Assembly: GCA_046484135.1 (NCBI GenBank)
Contig: JAWOBU010000255.1
Location: 1 to 20,643 of the forward strand
Length of the DNA: 20,643 nucleotides
Reading direction: 5' to 3'
From: a bacterium
GTDB lineage: Bacteria > RBG-13-61-14 > DATKZS01
The notes below the pieces were generated by a model, which did no database searches, had not been told where the DNA came from, and saw nothing but the letters and a program-made list of their open reading frames with translations. How positions within the stretch are numbered: position 1 is the first letter of the stretch; each line of letters starts with the position of its first letter. Made by a program: the position numbers and the translations under genes. Shown one piece after another: positions 8,411-16,583 of the stretch.

Positions 8411-9996
8411 TTTTCTCCCTCCACTATCCTGGTCTTGCGGAGGTAGAGGAGGTCCTGGCTGTTCATGGGAAAGTCCTTTACGTAAGGCTTGACCAGCATG
8501 TTGATGGTGTAGGTATAAAGGGGCATGACCGCGGAGGCGTCTTTACACAGAAGCCGCTGGGCCCGGTCATATATCTTCTGGCGCTTTTCCGGGTCGCGTT
8601 CCATTGCTCCTTTCCGGACCAGCCGGTCGTACTCGTCTGACTTCCAGTTGGTGTGGTTGTTGCCGCTGTCAGAAGTAAACACGGTCATGACGGCGTCCGG
8701 ATCGGGGTAATCCAGTATCCATCCCAGCCGGAACACGTGCGGCGGATCATGCTGGAGCTTTTTCAAGTAGACCTTCCATTCCATGTTCCTGAGCTGGACC
8801 TGAATGTCCAGGTTCCGGTTCCACTCCTGCTGGACAAACTCGGCAAGCATCTTGTGCGACTCCTGCGTGTTGTACCCGATGGTTATTTCCGGGAACCCTT
8901 TGCCGCCGGGATAGCCGGCCTCGGCAAGAAGCTCCCTGCCTCTTTCCGGAGCATAGGAGTGGCCAAGCTCGGGATTGGCGTACTCCATGCCCGCGGGGAT
9001 CACCGTGGGGTTTGGTATCTGCCGGCCCTTGATGATCTTCGGAATCTGGGTACGGTCCACGGAAAGGGAAAGAGCGGTCCGCACCCGCGGGTCGTCCACC
9101 GGCGGCTTGTCCACGTTGAACCCGTAGTAATAAGACGCGAAGAAAGGATAGTTCTTGTACTGGGGGCTGTCCTCGTAAGCCGGGATCGCGGGAGGCGGCA
9201 GAGGATCGGCCACGTCCAGGTCGCCGGTCTGGTAAAGGGACAGAGCTGTCGAGTTCTCTTCCACCATGTAAAAGACGACGCGGTCCAGGTAAGGCCCTTC
9301 GCCGAAGTAATCCGGGTTCTTCTCCGCCACGATCCGGTACTCGTGCCACCACTCTTTCATGCGAAAAGGGCCACAGGTCTGGATGTGCTCCGGTTCGCTC
9401 CAGTCGTCCCCGTACTTCTCGACTACATCGCGCCGCAGGGGAAAGGTGCTGACAAAGGTCGTAATCATGGGAAAGAAAACCACCGGTCTCTCGAGGTCCA
9501 CCACCAGGGTGTGGCGGTCGCGCGCTTCTACGCCCAGTTCGGAAAGCTCCTTCTCGCCCGAGTTCACGGCCTCCGCGTTCTTGACCATGTAAAGAAAGTA
9601 AGCGTACTCGCCCGCGGTAGCAGGGTCCAGGAGCCGCCTCCAGGCGTAAACGAAATCGCCGGCCACAACCGGCTTGCCGTCCGTCCAGCGCGCGTCCTTG
9701 CGCAGATGGAACACGTAGCGAGAGCCGCCCTTTTTAACGCTCCAGCTTTTTGCGAGCGCGGGCTCGGGCTGGAGGTCTTCGTCAAACCGGGTAAGACCTT
9801 CCATGATGTTCTGCAAGACCTGGATGGAAGCGTGGTCGGTGGTTATGCTCCAGTCCAGGCTGGGAGGCTCGCTGGAGATGTTTATGCACAACGTGTCCGC
9901 CGAGTCGGAGGACGAGTGTCCCTCACACTCCGCACCTGCACAGGACGCGACCGCAAAGAGGGACAAAAGCAAAACTATGGCAAAGCGTTTTTGCAT
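8407..9996 (-). CDS. oppA: Oligopeptide ABC transporter substrate-binding lipoprotein, OppA-like (SBP family 5)
   Basis: Lipobox-like VASC; EPPSLD, MEGLTRFD, LRKDARWTDGKPVVAGDFVYAWRRLLDP, GPF, RLGWILDYPDP. Confidence 0.93.
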   Translation of the reverse strand: MQKRFAIVLLLSLFAVASCAGAECEGHSSSDSADTLCINISSEPPSLDWSITTDHASIQVLQNIMEGLTRFDEDLQPEPALAKSWSVKKGGSRYVFHLRKDARWTDGKPVVAGDFVYAWRRLLDPATAGEYAYFLYMVKNAEAVNSGEKELSELGVEARDRHTLVVDLERPVVFFPMITTFVSTFPLRRDVVEKYGDDWSEPEHIQTCGPFRMKEWWHEYRIVAEKNPDYFGEGPYLDRVVFYMVEENSTALSLYQTGDLDVADPLPPPAIPAYEDSPQYKNYPFFASYYYGFNVDKPPVDDPRVRTALSLSVDRTQIPKIIKGRQIPNPTVIPAGMEYANPELGHSYAPERGRELLAEAGYPGGKGFPEITIGYNTQESHKMLAEFVQQEWNRNLDIQVQLRNMEWKVYLKKLQHDPPHVFRLGWILDYPDPDAVMTVFTSDSGNNHTNWKSDEYDRLVRKGAMERDPEKRQKIYDRAQRLLCKDASAVMPLYTYTINMLVKPYVKDFPMNSQDLLYLRKTRIVEGEK

Positions 9997-10007
9997 GTTT
10001 CAAGGAA

Positions 10008-10036
10008 ATGATATAGGCATGGCCCGGCTTATACAA
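10008..10036 (-). promoter_or_regulatory. Putative sigma70 promoter for oppAB
   Basis: Minus strand TTGTAT-17 nt-TATCAT, ending 11 nt before the oppA ATG. Confidence 0.5.
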
Positions 10037-10048
10037 ACAAGGAGGACA

Positions 10049-11770
10049 TCAGTTATTGTCGGCCTCCCGCCGGGACTCCAGTTTGTCGCGGTAATAGCGG
10101 GCCCTGGCGGGGTCCTCGCCCCCGCTTTCATAAATCCTGACGAGCTTTTCCCATATCTTTGGTCTCAGGTTCTCAGGACAAAGCGGCAGCGCCTTCTCCA
10201 GGCTCTGCGCCGCTTGCTTCGGCTTTCCGTCCTCCAAGAGACGCCGGCCGAGGATTCGATAATGATGGAAGAGATGTCTTTCGGCTTCTCCCTCCCGGCC
10301 GATCTTGAAAAAGAGCCTGGAAACCTGGAGCCGAAGGGTGGCGGAGTCCGGGTTTATTTCCACCGCCCGGGAAAGAGCGGCTGTGACATCATGAGGTGCA
10401 TAGCCTTCATGATAGAAGTACCTGGCAAGCCGGTAATAACCGTAGGAAGCGGACCAACTGTTGTGCTTTGCCTCTTCCTCCATGATCTCCCGGTACCTTT
10501 TTACCGAGCTTTTCTCTTTGGCGTTCACGGATATCCACGGCCCGGTGGACACCACTACCAGCACCATGACGGCAACTGCGGCTCCGGGAAAGAAGTTTTT
10601 TTCTCGAAATGAGTTGTGGATTCTTAAGACCATCCAGGGGGTGTAGATAATAGAAGGCAGTGCGAACAGGTCCCAGTCTTTAGCCGGTCCGATCACCGGC
10701 CGCAGGAAAAAGAAAAAGACAATGAAAATGATTGACGCGTAAAAGGCAAAACTTTGCAAAGGATCGTCCGGGGCCGGCCCGGCCAGGAGCGCGAGCGGCA
10801 AAAGCAGGGGCAGACCGGGACAGGCCAGTATCTGCTGGTTCAGAAAGCCGAGAAGATGATAGGAGCTTATGATGTTTTCGCCGGACACGAATATGGCGGC
10901 CAGGCCCCGGTAATGCTCCTCGACCATGAAGAAGGCAAGTGCCCCTAAAGCCACAAGGAGCGCTGCCGCTATCAGTGTTTTCCACCGGTCCAGCCTCGCG
11001 AGCCCGTGCCTGTGCATGACGTAAAGAGCGGGAGGGATAACAAGGGCCAGAAAAAAATGTAGTGCCGCCAGTATCGCAAGCGCGGGATACAAGGTCCAGG
11101 CAGGGGCCTGCTTTCGCCGTACTGCTTCCATCAGCATCAGGAAGCCGTACACCGCTGCCGCTGGAACAACGTAGTTCTCCGCGTAGCCGAGAAAGAACAC
11201 CGCGGTTCCTCCCCCAAACACGGTGAAGAAGATGAACCATCTCTCCGCCTTGTTCGCTGATCGCAAGCAGGCGAGCTTCCAGACAAAGACGCACGCGGCC
11301 AAACCTCCAGCCAGGCTCACTGCCCGCCAGGAATTTAACGACCGTGTCCATGCCGACTCGCCCGGCCACACCTGGAGCTTGGATGCCAGGATGTGGATGA
11401 CAAAGTCCAGGGGAGCGGGCTGGCCTTGCAGGGCTTTCCAGCCGTCAGTTGTGGCCAGCACCCGGTCCACTCCGTCGCCCAGAAGAGGTGTAGCGACTCC
11501 GGGCAGGAGCAGGGCCACCACTAAAAAAATAAGCCCTGTTGCCCAGGCGGGCAGTGCGCGGCCGGGCTCAAGGAGCTTTTCGAGCTGCGGCCGCCGGCTC
11601 CATGTCAGTGCGATAAGAGCGATGCCGGCCAGGGTCCACGTGAGCCCAGAGGTAAGAGAAAGATATCGAAGATGGTTTAGTCCCCAGCACGGCCCGCCGC
11701 AGAAAGAGGCCAACCACCTCGCTCCTATTAAAAGAAGTACAGCCGAAAAAAAAAGGTAGTGCCGGTTCAT
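10049..11770 (-). CDS. Multi-pass membrane protein, putative GT-C-fold glycosyltransferase with C-terminal TPR-like repeats
   Basis: Roughly a dozen hydrophobic segments with acidic loop motifs LLGDG, GYAENY and DWDLFA. The C-terminal part is TPR-like (ALSRAVEINPDS, SLEKALPLCPEN). Start chosen at the first ATG that does not overlap the upstream gene; the start is uncertain and the GT-C call is an inference. Confidence 0.65.
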   Translation of the reverse strand: MNRHYLFFSAVLLLIGARWLASFCGGPCWGLNHLRYLSLTSGLTWTLAGIALIALTWSRRPQLEKLLEPGRALPAWATGLIFLVVALLLPGVATPLLGDGVDRVLATTDGWKALQGQPAPLDFVIHILASKLQVWPGESAWTRSLNSWRAVSLAGGLAACVFVWKLACLRSANKAERWFIFFTVFGGGTAVFFLGYAENYVVPAAAVYGFLMLMEAVRRKQAPAWTLYPALAILAALHFFLALVIPPALYVMHRHGLARLDRWKTLIAAALLVALGALAFFMVEEHYRGLAAIFVSGENIISSYHLLGFLNQQILACPGLPLLLPLALLAGPAPDDPLQSFAFYASIIFIVFFFFLRPVIGPAKDWDLFALPSIIYTPWMVLRIHNSFREKNFFPGAAVAVMVLVVVSTGPWISVNAKEKSSVKRYREIMEEEAKHNSWSASYGYYRLARYFYHEGYAPHDVTAALSRAVEINPDSATLRLQVSRLFFKIGREGEAERHLFHHYRILGRRLLEDGKPKQAAQSLEKALPLCPENLRPKIWEKLVRIYESGGEDPARARYYRDKLESRREADNN

Positions 11771-11793
11771 CTGCAGGAATAAGGAGAGACGGA

Positions 11794-14277
11794 TTACTCC
11801 GCCAGCTTTTGCTGCGCCTTTTCCCGGCCCTTCCTGCAATTGCTGTTTTGGGGATGGACGTTAAGGCACCGGTTGTACCAGGTTACAGCCTGTTTCGGTT
11901 TGTTCAACTTGAGGTATGCCTGGCCCAGCATCTGGGGAGGGCGGTAATCACGGGGCTCTATCTGGAAAGACCTCTCATAAAAAGGAATGGCCTCCTGGGT
12001 CCTGCCCAGCGTGGACATTATCCGGCCGATGTTGGTGTAACCCTTGTACAGCTCCGGGTTCCACTCCACGCCCAGGAAGTAGAGCTTCTCCACCTGGTGA
12101 AGTACCTGCTTTTTAATGGCCGGGTCCTTTTCCGTGGTCAGCGACTGTTTAAGGGTGGACCCCAGATCGTTGTAGCTCTCCCCGTTCGGGTAGATGCGGG
12201 TGGAAGCAAGGAAAATGTCGGAAGCGCGAAGAAAATATTTCCTGGCCTTCTTGATGTACTCCATCATCTTCTCCTGGTCGCCCTGGGATTGGTACTCCCT
12301 TGCTTTATCAATGTAATAATGGGCATAGGAGTAATTGATGGTCCCCAGGTTGTGCCAGGCCTTGTAATAGTTGCTCTCGACCCGGACGCCCCACTGGTAA
12401 AGCTTCTCCGCCCGGTCAAGCCCTTTCAGGTAAAGCTCTTCCAGTCTCTCTCTGGTTTCGGCGCTTATCTTGCCCTCCGGCACGTCCTCCAAAAAGGTCT
12501 GGTTGATGGTAATACGCTCCTCCTTGTCAATCTTGCCGTCCCGGAGAAAGCTCCCCTTCTCGCTCAGGTCCCGACCGGTCCGGAAGTAGGCGTTCCCGAG
12601 GTCGGAGACCACCTGGGCCTTGGTGGGAGAGTTCCAGATGCTGTTCTGCCAGACGGTAAGGTCCGTGTGCCAGGAGAAGTTGCGGTTTACCGTAAGGGAG
12701 ACGTACAAAAGGATCAGTACAATGGATATGACCTGCACCGGGACCGGCCAGACCGCGCTCTGCTTCTTCCCTCTCTTGGAGTTTAGGTAGTTGGCCATCC
12801 AGTCCAGGAAGCCGGCCAGGAGTATGCAGAAGCTGAGCGAAGGAAGGTAGAGCCGGTGCTCGTTCATGATGGCGTTTAAAGGAACCACGCTGGTTATGCT
12901 CAAGGTGATGAAGAAGTTGGCGATGCAAAAGGATATCACCGGATGCTTGCGAATCCAGTAGATGGCCAGGAATGCCAGAACCACAATGACCGCCATGGCC
13001 AGGAACACCATGAGGACCTGGCCCAGGGTCTTGTCCGATTCCACCAGCTCCGACCACAGCTCGACCGACTCCGCGGAAGACAAAGACAGGGACTTGAGCT
13101 TTACGTACAGCATGGTAAAGACTTCTTTCAAGTCCTTGGTCTCGTAAACGATGTTCTCGTAGCTGATGTTCTGCTTTACGGGGTAGATGTGAAGCCGCAG
13201 GTAAGTGAGGAGCACCCGGGACTGGGTGACCAGGTTGTCGATTATGGGCCGGACCTTCCTGTCTATTATCATGGTGTCGAGCACCATCTTTCGATAGATG
13301 AAGTAGGCGATCCAGATGCCGACCAGCGGCAGGTAATAGCGCAGCCGGTAGACGAGGCTCCGATCCAGTGTCCATCTCTTCCGCCGGTCCTTGGCGGGGT
13401 AGACGAATATGATGTCTATCGCCGCGAGAATGGCGGGAGTTACAAAGACGAGTTCCTTGGTCAGAAGCCCCGTCGCAAAAAAGACAAAGCTAAGTATCAG
13501 AAGTCCGGTCCGATCTTCGCGAAGGGAACGGGCCCAGAAGTAGATGACGAGGAGCATGAAGAAAACGCTCATGCTCTCCGATCGGCAATTGATGTAGTTC
13601 ACCGTCTCGGTGTTAACCGGATGGATGGCAAAGATGAGCGCCGTTAACAGCGCCATTCGCGGTCGGCCCGCCAGGTGGCATAAGCCAAGGTAAATGAGAA
13701 GCGTGCACCCCAGGTGAAATAAGATGTTGACCAGGATCCAGCTCCAGGCGTTGAACTCGGTCCACATATAGTTCAGCGCAAAGGTCGAGAGCAGAAGCGG
13801 CCGCGGCATGGCAACCTGGGGCCTCGAGCTGAAGTGCTCCGGCTTGTAAAAGTACTCCAGGAAAAGCTTGCGCGACTCCGGGTTCTGGGTCCATTCCACC
13901 TGGATCTTCAAGTTCTTCTTCAAAGAGTGGATGTCGTCGTAGTGGAACCCGTTGCGCATCGAGTTAAGGTAAACCACCGAGATCACCGCGATGATCAGCA
14001 TGATCCCGAGCGGATGAGCACGTGCGAACCCGAGCACCGGCGGCTTTTCCTGGGAGGCCTGCTTGGATTCCCCTGCCTTCTTCTCTTTGGCTTTCTTCTC
14101 TTTAGGTTTCTTCTCTGCCGGCTGGTCCTTGGCAGCGGCCTTCTTCTTGCCGCCCGAAGATTCGAGGACCGAACGGACCTCGGCGGGCTTCACCCCCAGC
14201 TCCCGCGCGAGCTGCTTCACCGAGCGGCGGGGGTACTTATCCCGGATGTACTTCTGTTCTTTCTTGGAAAGCGCCAT
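11794..14277 (-). CDS. TMTC-like (GT-C, protein O-mannosyltransferase-like) membrane protein with C-terminal TPRs and an N-terminal HTH-like segment
   Basis: GFHYDD, RPL..TFALNY, NILFHL, FAIHPVNTETVNYINCRSE, LLTKE, EHRLYLPS and RNFSW..DLTVW match the TMTC-family motif order. TPRs include AWHNLG, SYNDLG, GYTNIG and MLGQAYLKL. Confidence 0.85.
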   Translation of the reverse strand: MALSKKEQKYIRDKYPRRSVKQLARELGVKPAEVRSVLESSGGKKKAAAKDQPAEKKPKEKKAKEKKAGESKQASQEKPPVLGFARAHPLGIMLIIAVISVVYLNSMRNGFHYDDIHSLKKNLKIQVEWTQNPESRKLFLEYFYKPEHFSSRPQVAMPRPLLLSTFALNYMWTEFNAWSWILVNILFHLGCTLLIYLGLCHLAGRPRMALLTALIFAIHPVNTETVNYINCRSESMSVFFMLLVIYFWARSLREDRTGLLILSFVFFATGLLTKELVFVTPAILAAIDIIFVYPAKDRRKRWTLDRSLVYRLRYYLPLVGIWIAYFIYRKMVLDTMIIDRKVRPIIDNLVTQSRVLLTYLRLHIYPVKQNISYENIVYETKDLKEVFTMLYVKLKSLSLSSAESVELWSELVESDKTLGQVLMVFLAMAVIVVLAFLAIYWIRKHPVISFCIANFFITLSITSVVPLNAIMNEHRLYLPSLSFCILLAGFLDWMANYLNSKRGKKQSAVWPVPVQVISIVLILLYVSLTVNRNFSWHTDLTVWQNSIWNSPTKAQVVSDLGNAYFRTGRDLSEKGSFLRDGKIDKEERITINQTFLEDVPEGKISAETRERLEELYLKGLDRAEKLYQWGVRVESNYYKAWHNLGTINYSYAHYYIDKAREYQSQGDQEKMMEYIKKARKYFLRASDIFLASTRIYPNGESYNDLGSTLKQSLTTEKDPAIKKQVLHQVEKLYFLGVEWNPELYKGYTNIGRIMSTLGRTQEAIPFYERSFQIEPRDYRPPQMLGQAYLKLNKPKQAVTWYNRCLNVHPQNSNCRKGREKAQQKLAE

Positions 14278-14304
14278 GATTAATACCTGAACCTCGAATG
14301 GATA

Positions 14305-14332
14305 TTTTTATCACAATTTTCCGGCGTCGCAA
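14305..14332 (-). promoter_or_regulatory. Possible sigma70 promoter for the GT-C/TPR pair
   Basis: Minus strand TTGCGA-16 nt-TAAAAA with a TG extension (TGaTAAAAA), in an AT-rich divergent intergenic region. Confidence 0.35.
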
Positions 14333-14373
14333 AAACAGAAGGCAAAGCGGTTTCAAAAAGCATAAAGCAAGGC

Positions 14374-14402
14374 TTGTTATTTCACCGCCCCTTTGTTAAC
14401 TT
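14374..14402 (+). promoter_or_regulatory. Putative sigma70 promoter for mnmE
   Basis: TTGTTA-17 nt-TAACTT with a TG extension, ending 9 nt before ATG 14412. Confidence 0.45.
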
Positions 14403-14411
14403 GATTCTCTT

Positions 14412-15782
14412 ATGAAGGAGTCGGCTTTTCAAGGCGACACCATCGTTGCGGTGGCCACTCCGCCGGGACGGGGCGCTATTGGAATAATAAGGATATCAGG
14501 TCCTGCCGCGGTTTCCATGGCCGGCCGGATTTTCCATGGCAAGAAAGACCCGGCGAACATGGACAACTACACCTTCTCGCACGGCTGGATAGTGGAGGAG
14601 GGCGAGGTCATAGACGAGGCTCTCTGCCTGGTGATGAGGGCGCCCTCCTCTTACACCCGGGAGGACACGGTCGAGCTTCACTGCCACGGCGGACCGGCCT
14701 CCCTGGGTCGGGTCCTGGAGGCGGTGCGGCGCCAGGGCGCCCGCCTCGCCGCTCCCGGCGAGTTCACCAGGCGCGCTTTTTTGTCCGGCAGGATAGACCT
14801 GGCCCGGGCCGAGGCGGTGGCCGACCTGGTGGCGGGCGATACCGAGGCTTCCGCCCGCGCCGCCGTGCGGCAGTTGGAAGGGGGGCTGTCTTGCCGGCTC
14901 GAACGGTTAAGGAGCGGCCTGGTCGAGCTGTTGGCGCTCCTGGAAGCGGGCGTGGATTTTTCCGATGAGGAAGACGTCTCGCCGCTTACAAAAGAAGAGC
15001 TTTTGCAGAGGCTCGCTGACGCTGACTCCCGGCTTTCCGCCCTGCTTGCGGACGCGGGCCGGGGAAAGCTTCTGCGGGAAGGCGCGAGCATGGTTATCGC
15101 AGGCAGACCGAACGTGGGTAAGTCCACCCTCATGAACGCCCTGCTCCGGAAGGAGCGGGTAATAACGGGCCCTACTCCCGGGACCACCAGGGACGTGGTG
15201 GAAGAAGCCCTTGACATAGGAGGAGTGCCGGTGCGGATGCTGGACACCGCGGGTATAAACTCTAATGCAAAAGATATAGAGAAGCTGGGTGTTGACCGGG
15301 CCTCGACCGCACTTTCGGAAGCAGACCTTTTGATCGTGATGACAGACGCATCAAACCCGCTTTCTGAAGACGACCGGCTGGTAGCCCAACAGGTTCGAGG
15401 ACCGGCAGTGCTGGCCCTCAATAAATGTGACCTCGAAACCGCGGTGTCGGACGAAGAAGCGCGCGAGCTTCTGCCCGGCGCTCCCCTGGTACGCATCTCC
15501 GCTCTGCAGGGGACCGGCCTCCCGGAGCTCGAAGAGGAGCTATCTAAAATGCTCGCCACAACCTCCACAGAAAGCCCGCTTGTTACGAACGCCCGGCATG
15601 AAGACGCCCTCTGGCGGACCAGGCAAGCCCTCCAGCGGGCCTCTGAATCCTCTGACCAATCGGAGGAGTTCACAGCAAGCGACTTAAGGCAGGCCCTGGA
15701 GGCGCTCGGCGAGATCACGGGCGAGACCGCTACCGACGAGGTGCTGGAGCGTATCTTCAGCCGTTTCTGCGTGGGGAAGTGA
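14412..15782 (+). CDS. mnmE: tRNA uridine-34 modification GTPase MnmE (TrmE)
   Basis: DTIVAVATPPGRGAIGIIRISG, SYTREDTVELHCHGG, GEFTRRAFLSGRIDL; G1 GRPNVGKS, G2 GTTRD, G3 DTAG, G4 NKCD; C-terminal FSRFCVGK. Confidence 0.98.
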   Translation: MKESAFQGDTIVAVATPPGRGAIGIIRISGPAAVSMAGRIFHGKKDPANMDNYTFSHGWIVEEGEVIDEALCLVMRAPSSYTREDTVELHCHGGPASLGRVLEAVRRQGARLAAPGEFTRRAFLSGRIDLARAEAVADLVAGDTEASARAAVRQLEGGLSCRLERLRSGLVELLALLEAGVDFSDEEDVSPLTKEELLQRLADADSRLSALLADAGRGKLLREGASMVIAGRPNVGKSTLMNALLRKERVITGPTPGTTRDVVEEALDIGGVPVRMLDTAGINSNAKDIEKLGVDRASTALSEADLLIVMTDASNPLSEDDRLVAQQVRGPAVLALNKCDLETAVSDEEARELLPGAPLVRISALQGTGLPELEEELSKMLATTSTESPLVTNARHEDALWRTRQALQRASESSDQSEEFTASDLRQALEALGEITGETATDEVLERIFSRFCVGK

Positions 15783-16516
15783 TGGGATTTGCCGCCGCCT
15801 TCTTCGGGTTCGCCGCTTTCTTCGCCTGGCTTACTCTGCTTTGCGAAAAAACCGGAGGCGTAGACGCCATAACGCTCGGGTTCGCTTACGCCGCGCTGGC
15901 CGAGGCTTTTACCGGCTCGCTTTACATGGCCGCTTCGCTTTTTGGCGTAAACCCCGGCGGCATGTTCAAGACGCCTTCCGGCGAGGTCCGGCGTATCTTT
16001 CGACTCCTCACCTGGCCGTATCTCTTTTTCGAGTACGGGGCATGGTATCGCTACCGGCAGCAAAAGTCCGAGCCGTTGTTCGAAGAAGTGGAAGAGGGCC
16101 TGTTCATAGGCGCTCGTCTCATCGAGGAGGACGTGCCCTCGGTCCGGGAGGCCGGCATAAAAGCGGTGCTCGACCTGATCGCCGAGTTCGGTCCTCCCTC
16201 CGGCATCGCCCGAGACCCCGGCATGACCTACCTGGCCCTGCCGGTCCTGGACGGCACCGCGCCTTCCCTGTCCGACCTGGACCAAGCCGCCCGGTTCGTG
16301 CACAACGCCCGGCAGGCAGGAGCACCCCTGCTGGTGCACTGCACCTTCGGCCACGGAAGGTCCGCCACCGTGATAGCGGCCTATCTTCTGAAAACAGGCA
16401 GCGCCCGGAACATCCGGGAAGCCATGCAAAAGCTCACCCGGCTCGAACGCAAAATCTGGCTCTCCCGCGAGCAGAAAAAGGTGTTAAAGACCTTTGAAAA
16501 GTCGTTGAGTAACTAA
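15782..16516 (+). CDS. Membrane-bound dual-specificity (CX5R) phosphatase family protein
   Basis: Hydrophobic N-terminal helices, then GLFIGA, AVLDLIAE, general-acid loop LPVLDGTAP and P-loop VHCTFGHGRSA. TGATG overlap with the mnmE stop. Confidence 0.88.
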   Translation: MGFAAAFFGFAAFFAWLTLLCEKTGGVDAITLGFAYAALAEAFTGSLYMAASLFGVNPGGMFKTPSGEVRRIFRLLTWPYLFFEYGAWYRYRQQKSEPLFEEVEEGLFIGARLIEEDVPSVREAGIKAVLDLIAEFGPPSGIARDPGMTYLALPVLDGTAPSLSDLDQAARFVHNARQAGAPLLVHCTFGHGRSATVIAAYLLKTGSARNIREAMQKLTRLERKIWLSREQKKVLKTFEKSLSN

Positions 16517-16544
16517 CCCCTTTTCCCGGCCGCCGGCAAAAGGC

Positions 16545-16550
16545 TATAAT
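16545..16550 (+). promoter_or_regulatory. Consensus -10 box (TATAAT) upstream of the carboxylesterase-like gene
   Basis: Perfect TATAAT 33 nt before ATG 16584; the -35 match is weak; preceded by an inverted repeat at 16519-16543. Confidence 0.45.
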
Positions 16551-16583
16551 AAATTTCAACTCTTCTGATACCGGGGATTTTTG

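Noticed and set aside
8653..10011. 452-aa plus-strand ORF, and similar long antisense ORFs at 981-1868, 4972-6027, 11809-12786, 16935-18356 and 18693-19664
   Set aside because: Each lies opposite a gene with clear family motifs and has no recognisable features of its own.
14678..16429. 583-aa minus-strand ORF
   Set aside because: Antisense shadow of mnmE and the phosphatase; Ser/Arg-rich with no motifs, as expected in GC-rich DNA.
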